Shown here one piece after another: positions 12,723-25,382 of a DNA stretch of 64,000 bases. A model generated the notes under the pieces. The model did no database searches. It was not told the origin of the DNA and saw nothing but the letters and a program-made list of their open reading frames with translations. A program made the position numbers and the translations under genes. Numbering within the stretch: the first letter of the stretch is position 1; each line of letters begins with the position of its first letter. Source of the DNA: Laetmonice hystrix (Eukaryota); the NCBI GenBank assembly GCA_965235115.1, contig OZ249439.1, positions 2,170,001 through 2,234,000 of the forward strand. The letters run 5' to 3'.

Positions 12723-13304
12723 TTTTTTAAGCGTCATCTTAGATGGATAAGTAGCCTATGTCTTACGTCATATGATCGAGGATGGGACGGTTCAGTTCTG
12801 CGTCGACAACTCCTAAAGAATACTGCTATATTTTGTTATGATTTTGTTAAGCAAGTATAAGTTGACATAATGCCTTGGGATTTATGATTAGGTACACTTA
12901 CCTCCCCAGCCCCTTGCGGCAGTATTGTCAGCGGGTCCCCCTCGATCCCGATGTGACAAGGTTTGTCAGTTGCTTGCCGCAAGGTTTGTTTGCCGCAAGG
13001 TCGCTGCTTACCCCCCCCCCCCCGAGTACCCCGGTTTCGTCACCAGTAAAATTGCCCGCCTCGATATGACTCGAAATGGGCTGGGGGGGGACTCCCCCAT
13101 GTAAAATCCTAGCCCCCCCCCTTCGGATACTGGAAGAGTCAATACTGAGGTCATCCATCCTGGTGGTGTTATTGCTTCCCATCGCCCCCCCCCCCCCCCT
13201 CCTGGGAGAGGAAAGGCTGGGCACAGCCGTGCCTTCTTCACATCCCGTCCTAATTAATTATCTGTGTGCCCTGGGTGTAAGCATATCACGCAGTTTATTT
13301 AAAG

Positions 13305-13420
13305 CTACCACTGTCCCTGGCATACCAAGTAGATTGCCACATCCCAATCCCTGGCATACCAATAGTAGATTGCCACATCCCAATCCCTGGCATACCAAGT
13401 AGATTGCCACATCCCAAACG
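13305..13420. repeat. 34/37-bp tandem repeat, 3 copies
   Basis: CCCTGGCATACCAAGTAGATTGCCACATCCCAAT. Confidence 0.9.
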
Positions 13421-13489
13421 CACAATCTCCACATGAATATTCCTAGAGATCCATTATTCAGCAGCTTTCTCTCACGGACTACGGCCGTA

Positions 13490-13665
13490 CGACTTCCTGA
13501 CTACTGTCACCGTGTTGACGCGTTTCTATGCTGTTTCTAGGTAATCTAGTGTCACTAACCCTGAGTGACGTAACATTTATACGCAGTGTGTGTGTACGAT
13601 CTCTAACCTCCTGACTATTATCACCGTGATTACGCGTTTCTATGCCGTTTCTAGGTAACCTACTA
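13490..13665. repeat. Diverged direct duplication of ~55 bp, spacing ~115 bp
   Basis: TCCTGACTACTGTCACCGTGTTGACGCGTTTCTATGCTGTTTCTAGGTAATCTA versus TCCTGACTATTATCACCGTGATTACGCGTTTCTATGCCGTTTCTAGGTAACCTA. Confidence 0.85.
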
Positions 13666-13675
13666 ATCCCAGGCT

Positions 13676-14530
13676 CCCAACCTATCCCTCTCCCCACCTT
13701 GTCCCCCTACACGTCCAAACCTTTCTCAAACCTATCCCTCTCCCCACCTTGTCCCCCCCTACACGTCCAAACCTTTCTCAAACCTATCCCTCTCCCCACC
13801 TTGTCCCCCCTACACGTCCAAACCTTCCTCAAACCTATCCCTCTCCCCACCTTGTCCCCCTACACGCCCAAACCTTTCTCAAACCTATCCCTCTCCCCAC
13901 CTTGTCCCCCTCACGTCCAAACCTTTCTCAAACCTATCCCTCTCCCCACCTTGTCCCCCTACACGCCCAAACCTTTCTCAAACCTATCCCTCTCCCCACC
14001 TTGTCCCCCTACACGCCCAAACCTTTCTCAAACCTATCCCTCTCCCCACCTTGTCCCACTACACGCCCAAACCTTTCTAAAACCTATACCTCTCCCCACC
14101 TTGTCCCACTACACGCCCAAACCTTTCTAAAACCTATACCTCTCCCCACCTTGTTCCCCTACACACTCAAACCTTTCTAAAACCTATCCCTCTCCCCACC
14201 TTGTCCCCCCACACGTCCAAACCTTTCTCAAACCTATCCCTCTCCCCACTTTGTCCCCCCTACACGCCCAAACCTTTCTAAAACCTATCCCTCTCCCCAC
14301 CTTGTCCCCCCTACACGCCCAAACCTTTCTCAAACCTATCCCTCTCCCCACCTTGTCCCACTATACGCGCCCAAACCTTTCTCAAACCTATCCCTCTCCC
14401 CACCTTGTCCCCCAACACGTCCAAACCGTTCTCAAACCTATCCCTCTCCCCACCTTGTCCCACTCTACGCGCCCAAATCTTTCTAAAACCTATACCTCTC
14501 CCTACCTTGTCCCCCTACATGTCCAAATAC
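13676..14530. repeat. 50-bp C-rich minisatellite, ~17 copies
   Basis: Unit AAACCTATCCCTCTCCCCACCTTGTCCCCCTACACGCCCAAACCTTTCTC. Confidence 0.98.
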
Positions 14531-14598
14531 CAGGAGCTTAGCTGTCTAATCTGGGTTGTCCATATAGGCCTAAACACATATACATTGACATGACATAC

Positions 14599-14666
14599 CT
14601 TCCACTGGTTTCCTTTATGCGAGTTTTAGGAAAAGTTTCTCTATTTAGATCACGGTAGGTGGCCTC
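14599..14666 (-). CDS. Candidate internal exon of an unidentified gene (EATYRDLNRETFPKTRIKETSG)
   Basis: Acceptor ttacgccttgtcatcag| and donor AAG|gtatgt; only one of three frames is open. No homology recognised. Confidence 0.35.
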
Positions 14667-15002
14667 CTGATGACAAGGCGTAAATGCACAGATATTTTGA
14701 TTTGTATAAGAGCCTGACGTCACACATTCTGTACCAATAAACAGTTTACATATTCCGCAAAATACCTACCGGTGTAATATGAGGATGGCTGGTCCATCTC
14801 ATCAAAGGAAACAGGGACTTTAGTATTCTGTCCATTACAGATATTGTGGAGAAAGTGCACATGACACATAAAGCTTACACAATGTTAGCAATAGGCGAAT
14901 CACTTGGTATTTGGTGGACATTTTATTCCCGTTTTATTCCCGTATACTCTCAACAAATTCATTTGTAAGAGAATGCAATTAATCTTGCGCAGATATTGTG
15001 GG

Positions 15003-15188
15003 AACCGTGCCACAGGGGCCATGGGCCATCATGAGCCGTGCCACAGGGGCCATGGACCATCATGAGCCGTGCCACAGGGGCCATGGACCATCATGAGCCG
15101 TGCCACAGGGGCCATGGACCATCATGAGCCGTGCCACAGGGGCCATGGACCATCATGAGCCGTGCCACAGGGGCCATGGACCATCATG
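15003..15188. repeat. 31-bp minisatellite, 6 copies
   Basis: Unit GAGCCGTGCCACAGGGGCCATGGACCATCAT. Confidence 0.96.
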
Positions 15189-16344
15189 ATTATAACATCC
15201 TTCAGAAAGAATAAGTGTATGTCACATATTTTCGTCTTGTGGTGAACGATGGACTGATTCATTTCAGTGCTAAAAAGAAAGTTAATTTTCGCGGTGTGGT
15301 GAAGAATGAACTGATTATTTTCAGAGACATAAAGAAATTAAACCAGCGGTCCTGCAGTGTTGATGGAAGCGACAGTTTCCTGTCGCGGCATGACGAGATC
15401 TGGCATACACTGTTCTTAAGTCGACTGCCCACACAAACGACGGGATGACTGGGAGCCGTTCACAATGAGTATACAACCGTTCCATCAGCGTGGCGGCGTG
15501 GCTGCACAGACCTCAGGGCAGAAAGCAATGGAAATAGGGGCAATGAAAGCTGAAATAATGTTTGCCATATAACCCGTCTCATGGGACCCGCACTGCTATC
15601 TCGCCGCTAGGGGCAAACCGACTTTTATAACGTCAAATGACCACAAATCTGGCGGGCTTTGAGAACGGCAACTCTTGAGCGTTGGCTGTCAGTTCGATCA
15701 ATACGAGGCCTGACACACGGCTCTGGCTGATGTGGAATGTTCCCAACACTTCTAGATCCAAGCCACTGATTGTCACGAGCTATTCCGTCCAATATTACTT
15801 CACACTCCTTCCACAAATACCCAACTTCTGCTTCGTAATTCTACGCTGCTGATAAAAAAACGGCCCTGAAAAAAGTTAGGAAGTGGAAGTGGAAGTGCAT
15901 TAAACATCGGCTCTGTCAAAAAGAATAAACAGGGAGTTCCGTTGATAGAGAAAACTGCTTAATTAAACACGTTGTTTAGGGCTGAAAGAATCATTGTAAC
16001 CATGATACAGGATGGATTACAATTCCTGCAAAAAAAGCTAGATGCTCAACTCCCCTATGAAAACATTTCTGAGATATGTTTTACAAATATGCCAAAGAGT
16101 TCAGCGTAGCTGTTAATCAGAGCAAACATATAGTATAAAGTACCATTTTCCTGGATATCATCTGCTATAGCATTAACGCCACAACGTTATGTGCAGTTTC
16201 ACCGCCACCTGAACTCCTGGATATGTCATCGAGTATTAGTGGGTATGCCCCGAGAGATTATAACTTAGGGATACATCGTTTTCTCGTTATCGGTCAGACG
16301 TTTCTTTTAAACTATCTACCCACATCTCACAGCTTGGAGGCAAA

Positions 16345-17075
16345 GTATGGGCCCATGCCGTCTGAAGATTTACATACCAACAAGTACGGGCCCATGCCGT
16401 CTGAAGATTTACATACCAATAGATACTGGCCCATGCCGTCTGAAGATTTCATACCAATAAATACGGGCCCATGCCGTCTGAAGATTTCATACTAATAAAT
16501 ACGGGCCCACGCCGTCTGAAGATTTCATACCAATAAATACGGGCCCATGCCGTCTGAAGATTTCATACCAATAAATACGGGCCCATGCCGTCTGAAGATT
16601 TCATACCAATAAATACGGGCCCACGTCGTCTGAAGATTTCATACCAATAAACACGGGCCCACGTCGTCTGAAGATTTCATACTAATAAATACGGGCCCAC
16701 GTCGTCTGAAAATTTCATACCAATAAATACGGGCCCATGCCGTCTGAAGATTTCATACCAATAAATACGGGCCCACGTCGTCTGAAGATTTCATACCAAT
16801 AAATACGGGCCCACGTCGTCTGAAGATTTCATACCAATAAATACGGGCCCATGCCGTCTGAAGATTTCATACCAATAAATACGGGCCCATGCCGTCTGAA
16901 GATTTACATACTAATAAATACGGACCCACGTCGTCTGAAGATTTCATACCAATAAATACGGGCCCACGTCGTCTGAAGATTTACATACTAATAAATACGG
17001 ACCCACGTCGTCTGAAGATTTCATACCAATAAATACGGGCCCATGCCGTCTGAAGATTTACATACCAATAAATAC
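16345..17075. repeat. 38-bp minisatellite, ~19 copies
   Basis: Unit AAATACGGGCCCATGCCGTCTGAAGATTTCATACCAAT. Confidence 0.98.
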
Positions 17076-17105
17076 CTGGTAACCCATCCATCTCATGTAA
17101 CATAC

Positions 17106-17186
17106 CGACATGAATTGGTATCAAATTGCCCTTGACATAAAGAAGGTCACACCCCGATATGTACAACAATCTGAAGGTAATGATTC
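17106..17186 (-). CDS. Candidate phase 1-1 exon (GIITFRLLYISGCDLLYVKGNLIPIHV)
   Basis: Acceptor ttttatttgactttcaag| and donor TCG|gtatgt; 81 nt. An alternative in-phase donor CAG|gtattt lies about 30 nt further on, at the array edge. Confidence 0.4.
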
Positions 17187-18034
17187 CTTGAAAGTCAAAT
17201 AAAATGTCCATGAATGATGGATTATACAATACACCAGTGCGTGAGAACCTAAAACATGGTCTGCGGAGTGCTGAACGTTTGGGTGCGCACGCATCAGGAG
17301 AACAGTTTTTCACTGTTTCATGCCAGTTTTCCCCACAACATCTGTGCTCCTCTGCTTCCATGCAACTCATACTCGTGACATTTGTTTGTTTCATATTATG
17401 CGTAACCTCTCCAAATACCTTTCTACCCTATGTTATATAAAGGATGACACTGCAGGGCCGTAGCCAGCCACAAAATCTGAGGAGGCAGCCGAAGCCTCCT
17501 GCACAGCCCTGGAGGTGTTCCTCATCATGTCTTTAGCTTGTCGTATCGTTAACTCCAATGTATTTTCAATGGGGACTTTAACGCACGACAGGATAAAGAT
17601 AGATGAGGAACGCACCCCTGTATCGTCACGTCCCAAGGCCGCCTCCTGCATGGTCACTGTTTATGTGTAGCCCAGAATCAGAGGAGGCGTCCTCTGCCTC
17701 AGCCTGGACACCACCCTGCACTGACACAAGATGAAGAGAGAAGGAAAGGTGACTTACTTCTTTAACTGGTGACGTCTTAAATCAGCTCGTATCGGATCCC
17801 TTTAGTGGCAGACAAGCCCGTTTAGTCACGTGTTCATTCATTATCTCCAGGAGTTGATCCCACCAGAGTCTGGTTGGGATAAACTTGACAACTCGACCGT
17901 CAGCCAGTGATGGGACAAAACACACACTGAAGATGGTGACCAATCAGCCATAGTAACTTGTGTCAAGGACCAATCTTTACAAGGTGCTCGTGAACTTGTG
18001 TCGTCGTCATCCTCCTCGTCTGAGTTGTGTTTAC

Positions 18035-18078
18035 CGGGAAGAATGGTAAATCCCATATCCTGTTGGTGTGACGTCATC
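18035..18078 (-). CDS. Candidate short exon (DDVTPTGYGIYHSSR or MTSHQQDMGFTILP; frame unresolved)
   Basis: Acceptor tactcttgtgtctcctgcag| and donor CCG|gtaaac. Confidence 0.35.
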
Positions 18079-18139
18079 CTGCAGGAGACACAAGAGTACA
18101 ACCACTTGTATAATAATACTAATAATAACCATTACCCCC

Positions 18140-18208
18140 AAAAAGAAGAAAAATCTAAGGGGTCGGGCCCCCTGCCCCCCCCCCCGCCCCCTGGATCCCC
18201 CAGTGAAT
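18140..18208. repeat. Fragment of a dispersed repeat shared with ~55158-55200
   Basis: AAAAGAAGAAAAATCTAAGGGGTCGGGCCCC...CCCCAGTGAA versus AAAAAGAAGGAAAATCTAAGGGGGCCGGGCCCCCAGTGAA; probably the terminus of a MITE family. Confidence 0.6.
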
Positions 18209-19895
18209 TGTGCTTTGCGATAATGTATCTATCAGGGTCTACTGTAACCTTTATTTCAAACAGACCGGGCCGGCAGCCAGTCCGGTCTGGTAGGCCAGCC
18301 CGCCAGACCGGACCGGCCTGGCAGACCGATCCGGCAGACAGGATCTGGCTCCGGTCAGCCTGGCGCCCCCCCCCCCCCCCCCCCAGATCGAATTGACTGG
18401 ACTGGTCCATGACGGCCTTGATAACCCGCACCCCCACCCGCGTCCATCTACCTGTCTGGCCCTCCCATCCACTGACAGCACAAGATGGATCAGCCATGGA
18501 CGCCCCCTTGGCCACGTGGATTACACATGTATTTTTGTCGACCGGGAGCGATGAGGATGGCCAGGACCAATTTTAACAAGGTCTCCAGCTCGCTATAGAT
18601 TGGACCGATGATATCGCATGGGTAAACAGAAAAAGTCCTTCCCAAAATTTGATGGTCGTAGACAACTACGCTGAGAGTCATTATTCAGGCATGTCATTGC
18701 AAATTAACCAGCCAGCCAATTTCTGGCTTCCAGGGAAGATGGAACCACGCTAGTCCTGGGCACCATCCGCCATCTCTGAGCACATCTTACGGGTCGTTAA
18801 TCTTCTCGGAATTAAATCTTTACACACTGGTTATCTATCACAACTAGATTAGTGCCTTTAATTAGTTAGTCCACAGAGTCTGACTTAAAGGAAGATCATT
18901 AGGGATATTTACAGCTTTGTAAATGGTCAAATGTCAGACCGCCTATTCCAGCCGTAAATTGTATCTTTTTCCTGCCTTCAAACAACATCTTCAGTACAAC
19001 CTTCTAGACTGGAAGGAAATACATGCTTGGATGTAAGATGTAGAATCGAATCAACTTCTTTTGAAGATCTTAAAGGAAAAGAAAGAAAAGCAAAATGTCA
19101 TATTTTTGGGGAGCATGAAACAAAATAAACGAGGAGTTTCCATTAGAAACCTGAACGCTAAATTTAGAAATAAATTGTTGAATTTTGTTTCGCTTTGCGC
19201 TTTTATAGTGAAATATGCTTTGCTTTGAATAACGCTATAAAAGTTAGGTATGCCGTTGTGGATTTCAAATTAGAGGAAAGAGACGATAGTTTATATTTAC
19301 CATTCAAAGTATTCCTTATGTGCTACACGACTAACAATAGATGCTATAAATATCACCTGACCAGGTGTACTGTAGAGGTTCTATGCTTGTCACACCTCAC
19401 GCCAGTGATTCTGGACGCCAGTCAACAGTTCTACTTGTCGACGGTATAACACGGTCATGCCTCACTAACCCTGGCACTTTGAATTAATTAGGACAGAGGG
19501 GACGGTGCAAATGGTGTCTTGATTAATTTGAAATACTGTTCTACTTGGAAAACCTTCTGATGCTTAAGTCGGTGTACACTTATATTGCTTTGTGATAAAG
19601 AACCCACTAAAATACAGCCATGTAGGCAATTGGTTTTGGAAGTGAGACCCTAATTTGTATATAAATGACTGTGACTATGTGGGCCTTGACGCTGGGTGAC
19701 GACTGTCGTATACAGAACGTCGGTGTCACGTGCCTCATTGTCCATGTTACCCTGATTTTAACATTTTTATTAATATCTTGTAATAAAATCAACTAGCAGG
19801 AAGAAACTATGGATGGTCACCCCATTTGTAGTCCTCCAGACGGGATCTACGCCTCCAAGGCTTTGGTTGTCGCCTGTAAAATGTTTGTATCTTAC

Positions 19896-19950
19896 TAAAA
19901 CAATGTGGTTGTGTAGGACACCACTCTGGAGGTCCAGCTTGACCTCCCCA
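19896..19950 (-). CDS. Candidate short exon (GEVKLDLQSGVLHNHIVL in one of three open frames)
   Basis: Acceptor ttttgtggctttatatag| and donor TTA|gtaaga. Confidence 0.3.
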
Positions 19951-20222
19951 CTATATAAAGCCACAAAACCACTGGTCACATGTACAGTGAACGGTCACGT
20001 CTGAAAGTATTGCTTATATAGACTCGGGTCTGTCTCCCATGAACTGGCTGATGGGTCGGAAGGAGCTTGCATGGGTCCACCTTCGGTCGTAGTCTGGCAA
20101 CACGTGCTGATGGTTCAAACACTGACAGTATGATGAGTCGAAAAGTGTCCACTTGGAGCCGGGAGGGTGCAAGGCTGAGAAAAGTGCGATACGACTCTTC
20201 TAAAGGGATGTAGCAATACAAC

Positions 20223-20370
20223 CCGTTCCCAGTCAGTGGGTCGATCTGAGGCATATTTCCGTATGGCGGCTACCACTGGGTTATCACGTGTTGTCTCAGA
20301 CGCCAGATCTTCGAACGGTAGGATGAACGTATCTAGTCGACTAAGACCAAGCTCACTCTTTTTCCGCTCT
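20223..20370 (-). CDS. Candidate exon (ERKKSELGLSRLDTFILPFEDLASETTRDNPVVAAIRKYASDRPTDWER); donor uncertain
   Basis: Acceptor gtatttttcag| is followed by ~85 stop-free codons that begin exactly at the acceptor. Confidence 0.35.
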
Positions 20371-21963
20371 CTGAAAAATACCCTAAATGAAGCTCGTCCC
20401 CTCTAATGTTTAAACACCAATCACCACTTAAACCATAAATTTGGGGGCACTATCTGAAAATGTCACTCTCATGACAACGTATTTATTACCGCCATTGCTC
20501 CAGCTGAAATACCAGTTGTATTCTTGGGTTGACTATAGGAAATATTGCCCAGAACCCTTCAATAAATGTTGTCTGACATTCAACACGCTTGATAGAATAT
20601 ACACATAACTTCTACACTGTGACTGTCTCGTACTCGAGCAGTTTTCCGCATGAAATCCTAAGTGTCAATATTATTCATGGAGAGAACATTGACACACTGA
20701 TGATATCTAAGAAGATACTGTTGTTTTATAGTCAGCCGTTGCAATATCGATTCATCTTCTTGTATATTTCTTATGTATCTTTATTGCATCTCTTGTGTTG
20801 TCTGTAAATAACCTTTTTTAGTCGGACTTTACAATCTGGCTCCTTGGTGTATGCATTAATCTTCAGCCTTCTAGGAATACTTTTTCAAATCCTTTTTCTG
20901 TTTCCATATTGTGCCTTCACTAAATCGTATCCATCAACGTTATTGAACACCTGGAGATGAGGGTTAGTAAACGCTGCATGCATCAGTATCCAACATCTTC
21001 ATCCGACTGGTTTTTTATGCCTTTAACCCCCCCCCCCCCCCACACACACACACACACACACTCGGAACCAGTTGTGTGGAGTGGAGGCGGGGCGGGGTTT
21101 CCATGCAAGGAATGGAAAGTAGAGTTGGAAGGAATGGAGTCGGATCGGTACGGGTCTGTCCGGCTTTACACATCCATATTCATGCATTGGGAAAACAGCA
21201 CTTTAAAAATAATGTTCCCTTTCATTAAAGAAAGGGCACATATTGTAACCATCACCTGGAAATTCTAGGGACACGACCAAGATGGTACTGCATGCCCAGG
21301 TCTTACATCAATGACCCATGAAGTCTGGCCGGGAAGTCCTCACAGGGGCACGACCAAGATGGTACTAATGAGTATGACAAGAGAAATACAAGTCAACAGG
21401 AATGACAGAAACAGTTGGAGACGGTAATTTCATATGTAAATCGTAAAAATAGGGACGATCTCTGAGAACCGATTATTAGCTTCCACTATTCAGAGGCAAA
21501 CACTGACACCGTTATCCGGTAATACAACGCTTTATCAACTATAAGATATACACTACGGGTGCTAATTAAACTGGATTTAAAACAAGACAAAGACCCGGCT
21601 GTAATTGAAGTTGTTCTACCGACCATGTATCTATGCCGCCATCTACAGTCTCTTAACAAACATATGATATTCTGTTCTCCGTGCCTTCCTGATTCTATAT
21701 GAAGTCTCCATTCAAGTGACGACCTCAATAATTCTCTGAATTCTTTTTCAGCACTAATCGGACTGATGCATCTTTCCTAAAGCGTTCGGATGAGAACTGT
21801 GTGATTACTGGACCAAGACCTTGCTGTTCACTTCATAGGAACTTAATAACAAACTATTAATAATCGATGGACCCAACTCTTGTGGAACTCCCCAGCCGTT
21901 CTCCCCATGACTCACCATACAGAATGGCAATATTGGTATTCCCTTTAATTTGGATTGCCTCAC

Positions 21964-22001
21964 CGCCTCTTGAAGACAGCAGCTGTTGATAACAAAGACT
22001 T
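21964..22001 (-). CDS. Candidate 38-nt exon, frame unresolved
   Basis: Acceptor ctgctgtactttaccag| and donor GCG|gtgagg. Confidence 0.25.
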
Positions 22002-22655
22002 CTGGTAAAGTACAGCAGGTTACTGTGCATTGAGCTCAGTCCCCAGGATAACGCCAACTGGGGACTGGAGGTGGCTTGCTGCAATCATCAGACGCCTACA
22101 TTAACGTGATGGATTGGATGCATTGCAATCTCTTCTAATAGTTTGGTGAAACAGATGGTCAATTATTAATGTCAAATCGTACTAATCAGTATCATAATGA
22201 GGCGAAATCAGCGTAATTAGTAAGGTGTGTCCCCTGGGTGGAGGCTGGTAGGGAGGGGGAGGAGATTAAACCATTTTTTCTCATCAAAAACAATTGCGCA
22301 GGGTTACCAGGTGCCAACGGTTGTAGCCGGCCAAATCGACCTCATCCAGACGGCAGCACTGATGGCATCGCTTTTGATAAAACACCCATATACATATAGC
22401 AAGCTGTCTCAACTTCCAGCTTTAAGTTTCCCTTCTTCAACATTAAATTTGCGTTTTCATGACCTCCAAATATCTGTCAATCAGGGCCTTCGTTTGCCTC
22501 GTCGCCTCTGATATATTTTTTATTTTTATTTTTTATTTTTTATTTTTTTTTTATATTTTTTTTATTGATCATCTTTACCCAGGGAGTCCTGCTCGACTAA
22601 ATGCCGTTATTTAATCTCTGCGCGGCTGGGAGACAGGTTTGGGTCATAATCCCAT

Positions 22656-22765
22656 GGCCCAGTTTTTCACAAATGTTCTACTTGAGTAAAGCTTACTTAA
22701 GTAAACTACAACAGGCTTCTGATTCGTTAGTCTCCTAGTTTACTTAGGTAAGCTTTACCTAAGTT
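22656..22765. mobile_element. Degenerate Harbinger-like foldback MITE, right terminus lost
   Basis: Starts GGCCCAGTTT; internal inverted pair GAGTAAAGCTTACTTAAGTAAACTA / TAGTTTACTTAGGTAAGCTTTAC. Confidence 0.55.
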
Positions 22766-23465
22766 GACCTCCAGAGGTCCTCCTTAGGTCCATATAGACC
22801 ACCTATATCAGGACGTCTGTTTGGACCCAGATACCCGTGCCAGGGTCACTTTGGAAGGGTCATTTTTCTGGGGGCAAGGCTTCCAAAGCTCACTACGTCT
22901 CGCGCGTAATTTGGCATTTCATCTCTAAAGTGAATAAGGTGGCGTCGGCAGTCATCTCAGTCATCTTCAGCTCAAGGACAAGACCGTTGTTTTTTTAACT
23001 GTTTATTCATCAGACCTTTCACAGCCCCGAGTCCCAGGGGGATGATGATCAGGGCATCTCTGCACTGCATTCCATCCTCTCAAGTACAGTTTGATTTAAG
23101 GTTGGTTGGTATCTGTTCCGAATGGCCTCTTTCCTTTGTTTCCTTAATTTCTCCTGACATTCCAATTACCTGAGATTGGTCCGGGAAAGCTGAACGACCC
23201 GGAGCCCCTTTTAATGCCCGGCTTCCCAGGGTCCGGGCAGGTCCGGTCTGGTTACGGAATCAATCTCTGAAATAACAGACGCTGATCAAAGTTAACTAAA
23301 TCGGTTACTATAACAACAACTCACCGAGAGGGGGGGGGGGCGTTCTGTGACTGACACAACATTAAAAAACAATCACGGTATACGTCCGAACAGGATCCAC
23401 AAGATAACTAGATGAAGACGTGGTCGGGCCTCATGCAGAGGCAGAGCTCACCGACAGTCAGAGAC

Positions 23466-23749
23466 GGGTAGGGTTCACTAGTCCGGGGGTTCACTAGTCC
23501 GAGGGTTCACTAACCCGAGGGTTCACTAGTCCGAGGGTTCACTAGTCCGAAGTGGGCAAGAGGCAACCTGACCCTAAAACCAAATATAACTAAGCCTAAA
23601 CCTAACCTTAACTCTAACCCATAGGGGATTGATCTGCCGGACCATTGGGCTGTCGGACTAACGCCCCACTAAAGTTAGCGATTGCCTACTGCCAATTTCG
23701 GACTAGTGAACCCTCGGACTAGTGGACCCCCGGACTAGTGGGAGTCCCC
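23466..23749. mobile_element. MITE-like element with 9-bp TSD (MULE-like) and telomere-like core
   Basis: GTCAGAGAC is duplicated at 23457-23465 and 23750-23758. Five GGTTCACTAGTCCG subterminal repeats on the left, three inverted copies on the right, and CCTAAACCTAACCTTAACTCTAACCC in the centre. Confidence 0.85.
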
Positions 23750-24097
23750 GTCAGAGACTGGGCACACCCTCTCCATGTGAGGGAACAGACCAACTCTACC
23801 CCAGGCTCCGTACGGGGGAACGGGACTAGAACATGGCGCTGTAGTCATCAAGGGCCGCCGGGAGGAACACTTGGTGCCAAACACATTCCCTTCTGATGAA
23901 ACATTGGGCACGCCAATTATGGTGCCTAAGGTCGTTCCTCCGCTTCTTGTTCCCTCGTTTTTCTACCCTCCTTCTGTTATTGTAAATAATTGGTAATTCG
24001 ATCAAAAATTACGTGCAGGGTTTAATGAGATTGTGTTGTTTGTTAAGGTTCTGGTGTCAGGTCTTTCATTGAAAGAGGATTCGTAAATAATTATCCA

Positions 24098-24365
24098 GAG
24101 AACAATGGATTACGCGAGTACCGGTAGATGTATCAAGAGAACAATGGATTACGCGAGTACCGGTAGATGTATCAAGAGAACAATGGATTACGCGAGTACC
24201 GGTAGATGTATCAAGAGAACAATGGATTACGCGAGTACCGGTAGATGTATCAAGAGAACAGTGGATTACGCGAGTACCGGTAGATGTATCAAGAGAACAA
24301 TGGATTACGCGAGTACCGGTAGATGTATCAAGAGAACAATGGATTACGCGAGTACCGGTAGATGT
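24098..24365. repeat. 39-bp minisatellite, ~7 copies
   Basis: Unit AGAGAACAATGGATTACGCGAGTACCGGTAGATGTATCA. Confidence 0.97.
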
Positions 24366-24702
24366 AATAAGTACAGGTCACTTGGGGGGGGGGGGGTCAA
24401 ACGGCTCTGGTCCCTGGTCGCGTCGTGGAAATAAAATCTTTCAGGTCAATGAAAGCCACGAGACACGATCAATATTATTCTTGGGTTGATACGGCGTTCT
24501 TGGTTCACTTGAAATCAATATGTCAGGTACCATTCCTATGATCTAGACCACTGAATCTTTCAGAAAAGCTATCTTATGCTATTCGGTGACAAATAGTCTA
24601 TAATTTGTAGCGGTTCGCTATAAAGATCTTGCCGTCTGGCATTCCTGGCCAGACATATTCGTCACTGGGAAGGCTGTAAGTTGGTTCATGAGCGGTTACG
24701 AG

Positions 24703-24935
24703 CGGTTGTGTTAGCCTCTAGCGACCCCTCATACAACGGTTTGGTTGTGTTAGCCTCTAGCGACCCCTCATACAACGGTTTGGTTGTGTTAGCCTCTAGC
24801 GACCCCTCATACAACGGTTTGGTTGTGTTAACCTCTAGCGACCCCTCATACAACGGTTTGGTTGTGTTAGCCTCTAGCGACCCCTCATACTACGGTTTGG
24901 TTGTGTTAGCCTCTAGCGACCCCTCATACTACGGT
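24703..24935. repeat. 39-bp minisatellite, ~6 copies
   Basis: Unit GGTTGTGTTAGCCTCTAGCGACCCCTCATACAACGGTTT. Confidence 0.97.
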
Positions 24936-25285
24936 CCGTCTGTGTTATCCTTCGGAGTCAGAAATCATGGCATTTTTCCAGTTGAAAAATTTCCGCCAGA
25001 TATTTCTCCTACAGATACGAACAAAACAATTCCGGTAACAGTAAGTTATTAACTGCTATTGTTACCAGGACTACAGGCTTGGTGGCACTCCCAGTTTTGT
25101 ATAACCTTCACTTAACCCCAATGACTTTACAGTCTGCCCCTGCCCCTGCCCCCTCTTCACCACAGAGTACCCCTTTGTCATATTCTCCGGGATGCTACTT
25201 CAGCCTCCGTCACCAATGTGACGGCAAACAAAGCGACTCTCACAATGAATGATAAATCTCATTGAATTCGGTAGGCACTACTTAC

Positions 25286-25382
25286 AGCGGCCAAGGTTCA
25301 CTGAGGTAGTGATTTCACCCTCCAATGTGCCTTTGTCCCACTGTGTCACATTGCATTGGGAGATCTGCGCTAAAAGCTCGGA
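25286..25382 (-). CDS. Candidate exon (SELLAQISQCNVTQWDKGTLEGEITTSVNLGR)
   Basis: Acceptor ttgcatttggtttacag| and donor GCT|gtaagt; 97 nt, single open frame. Confidence 0.45.
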
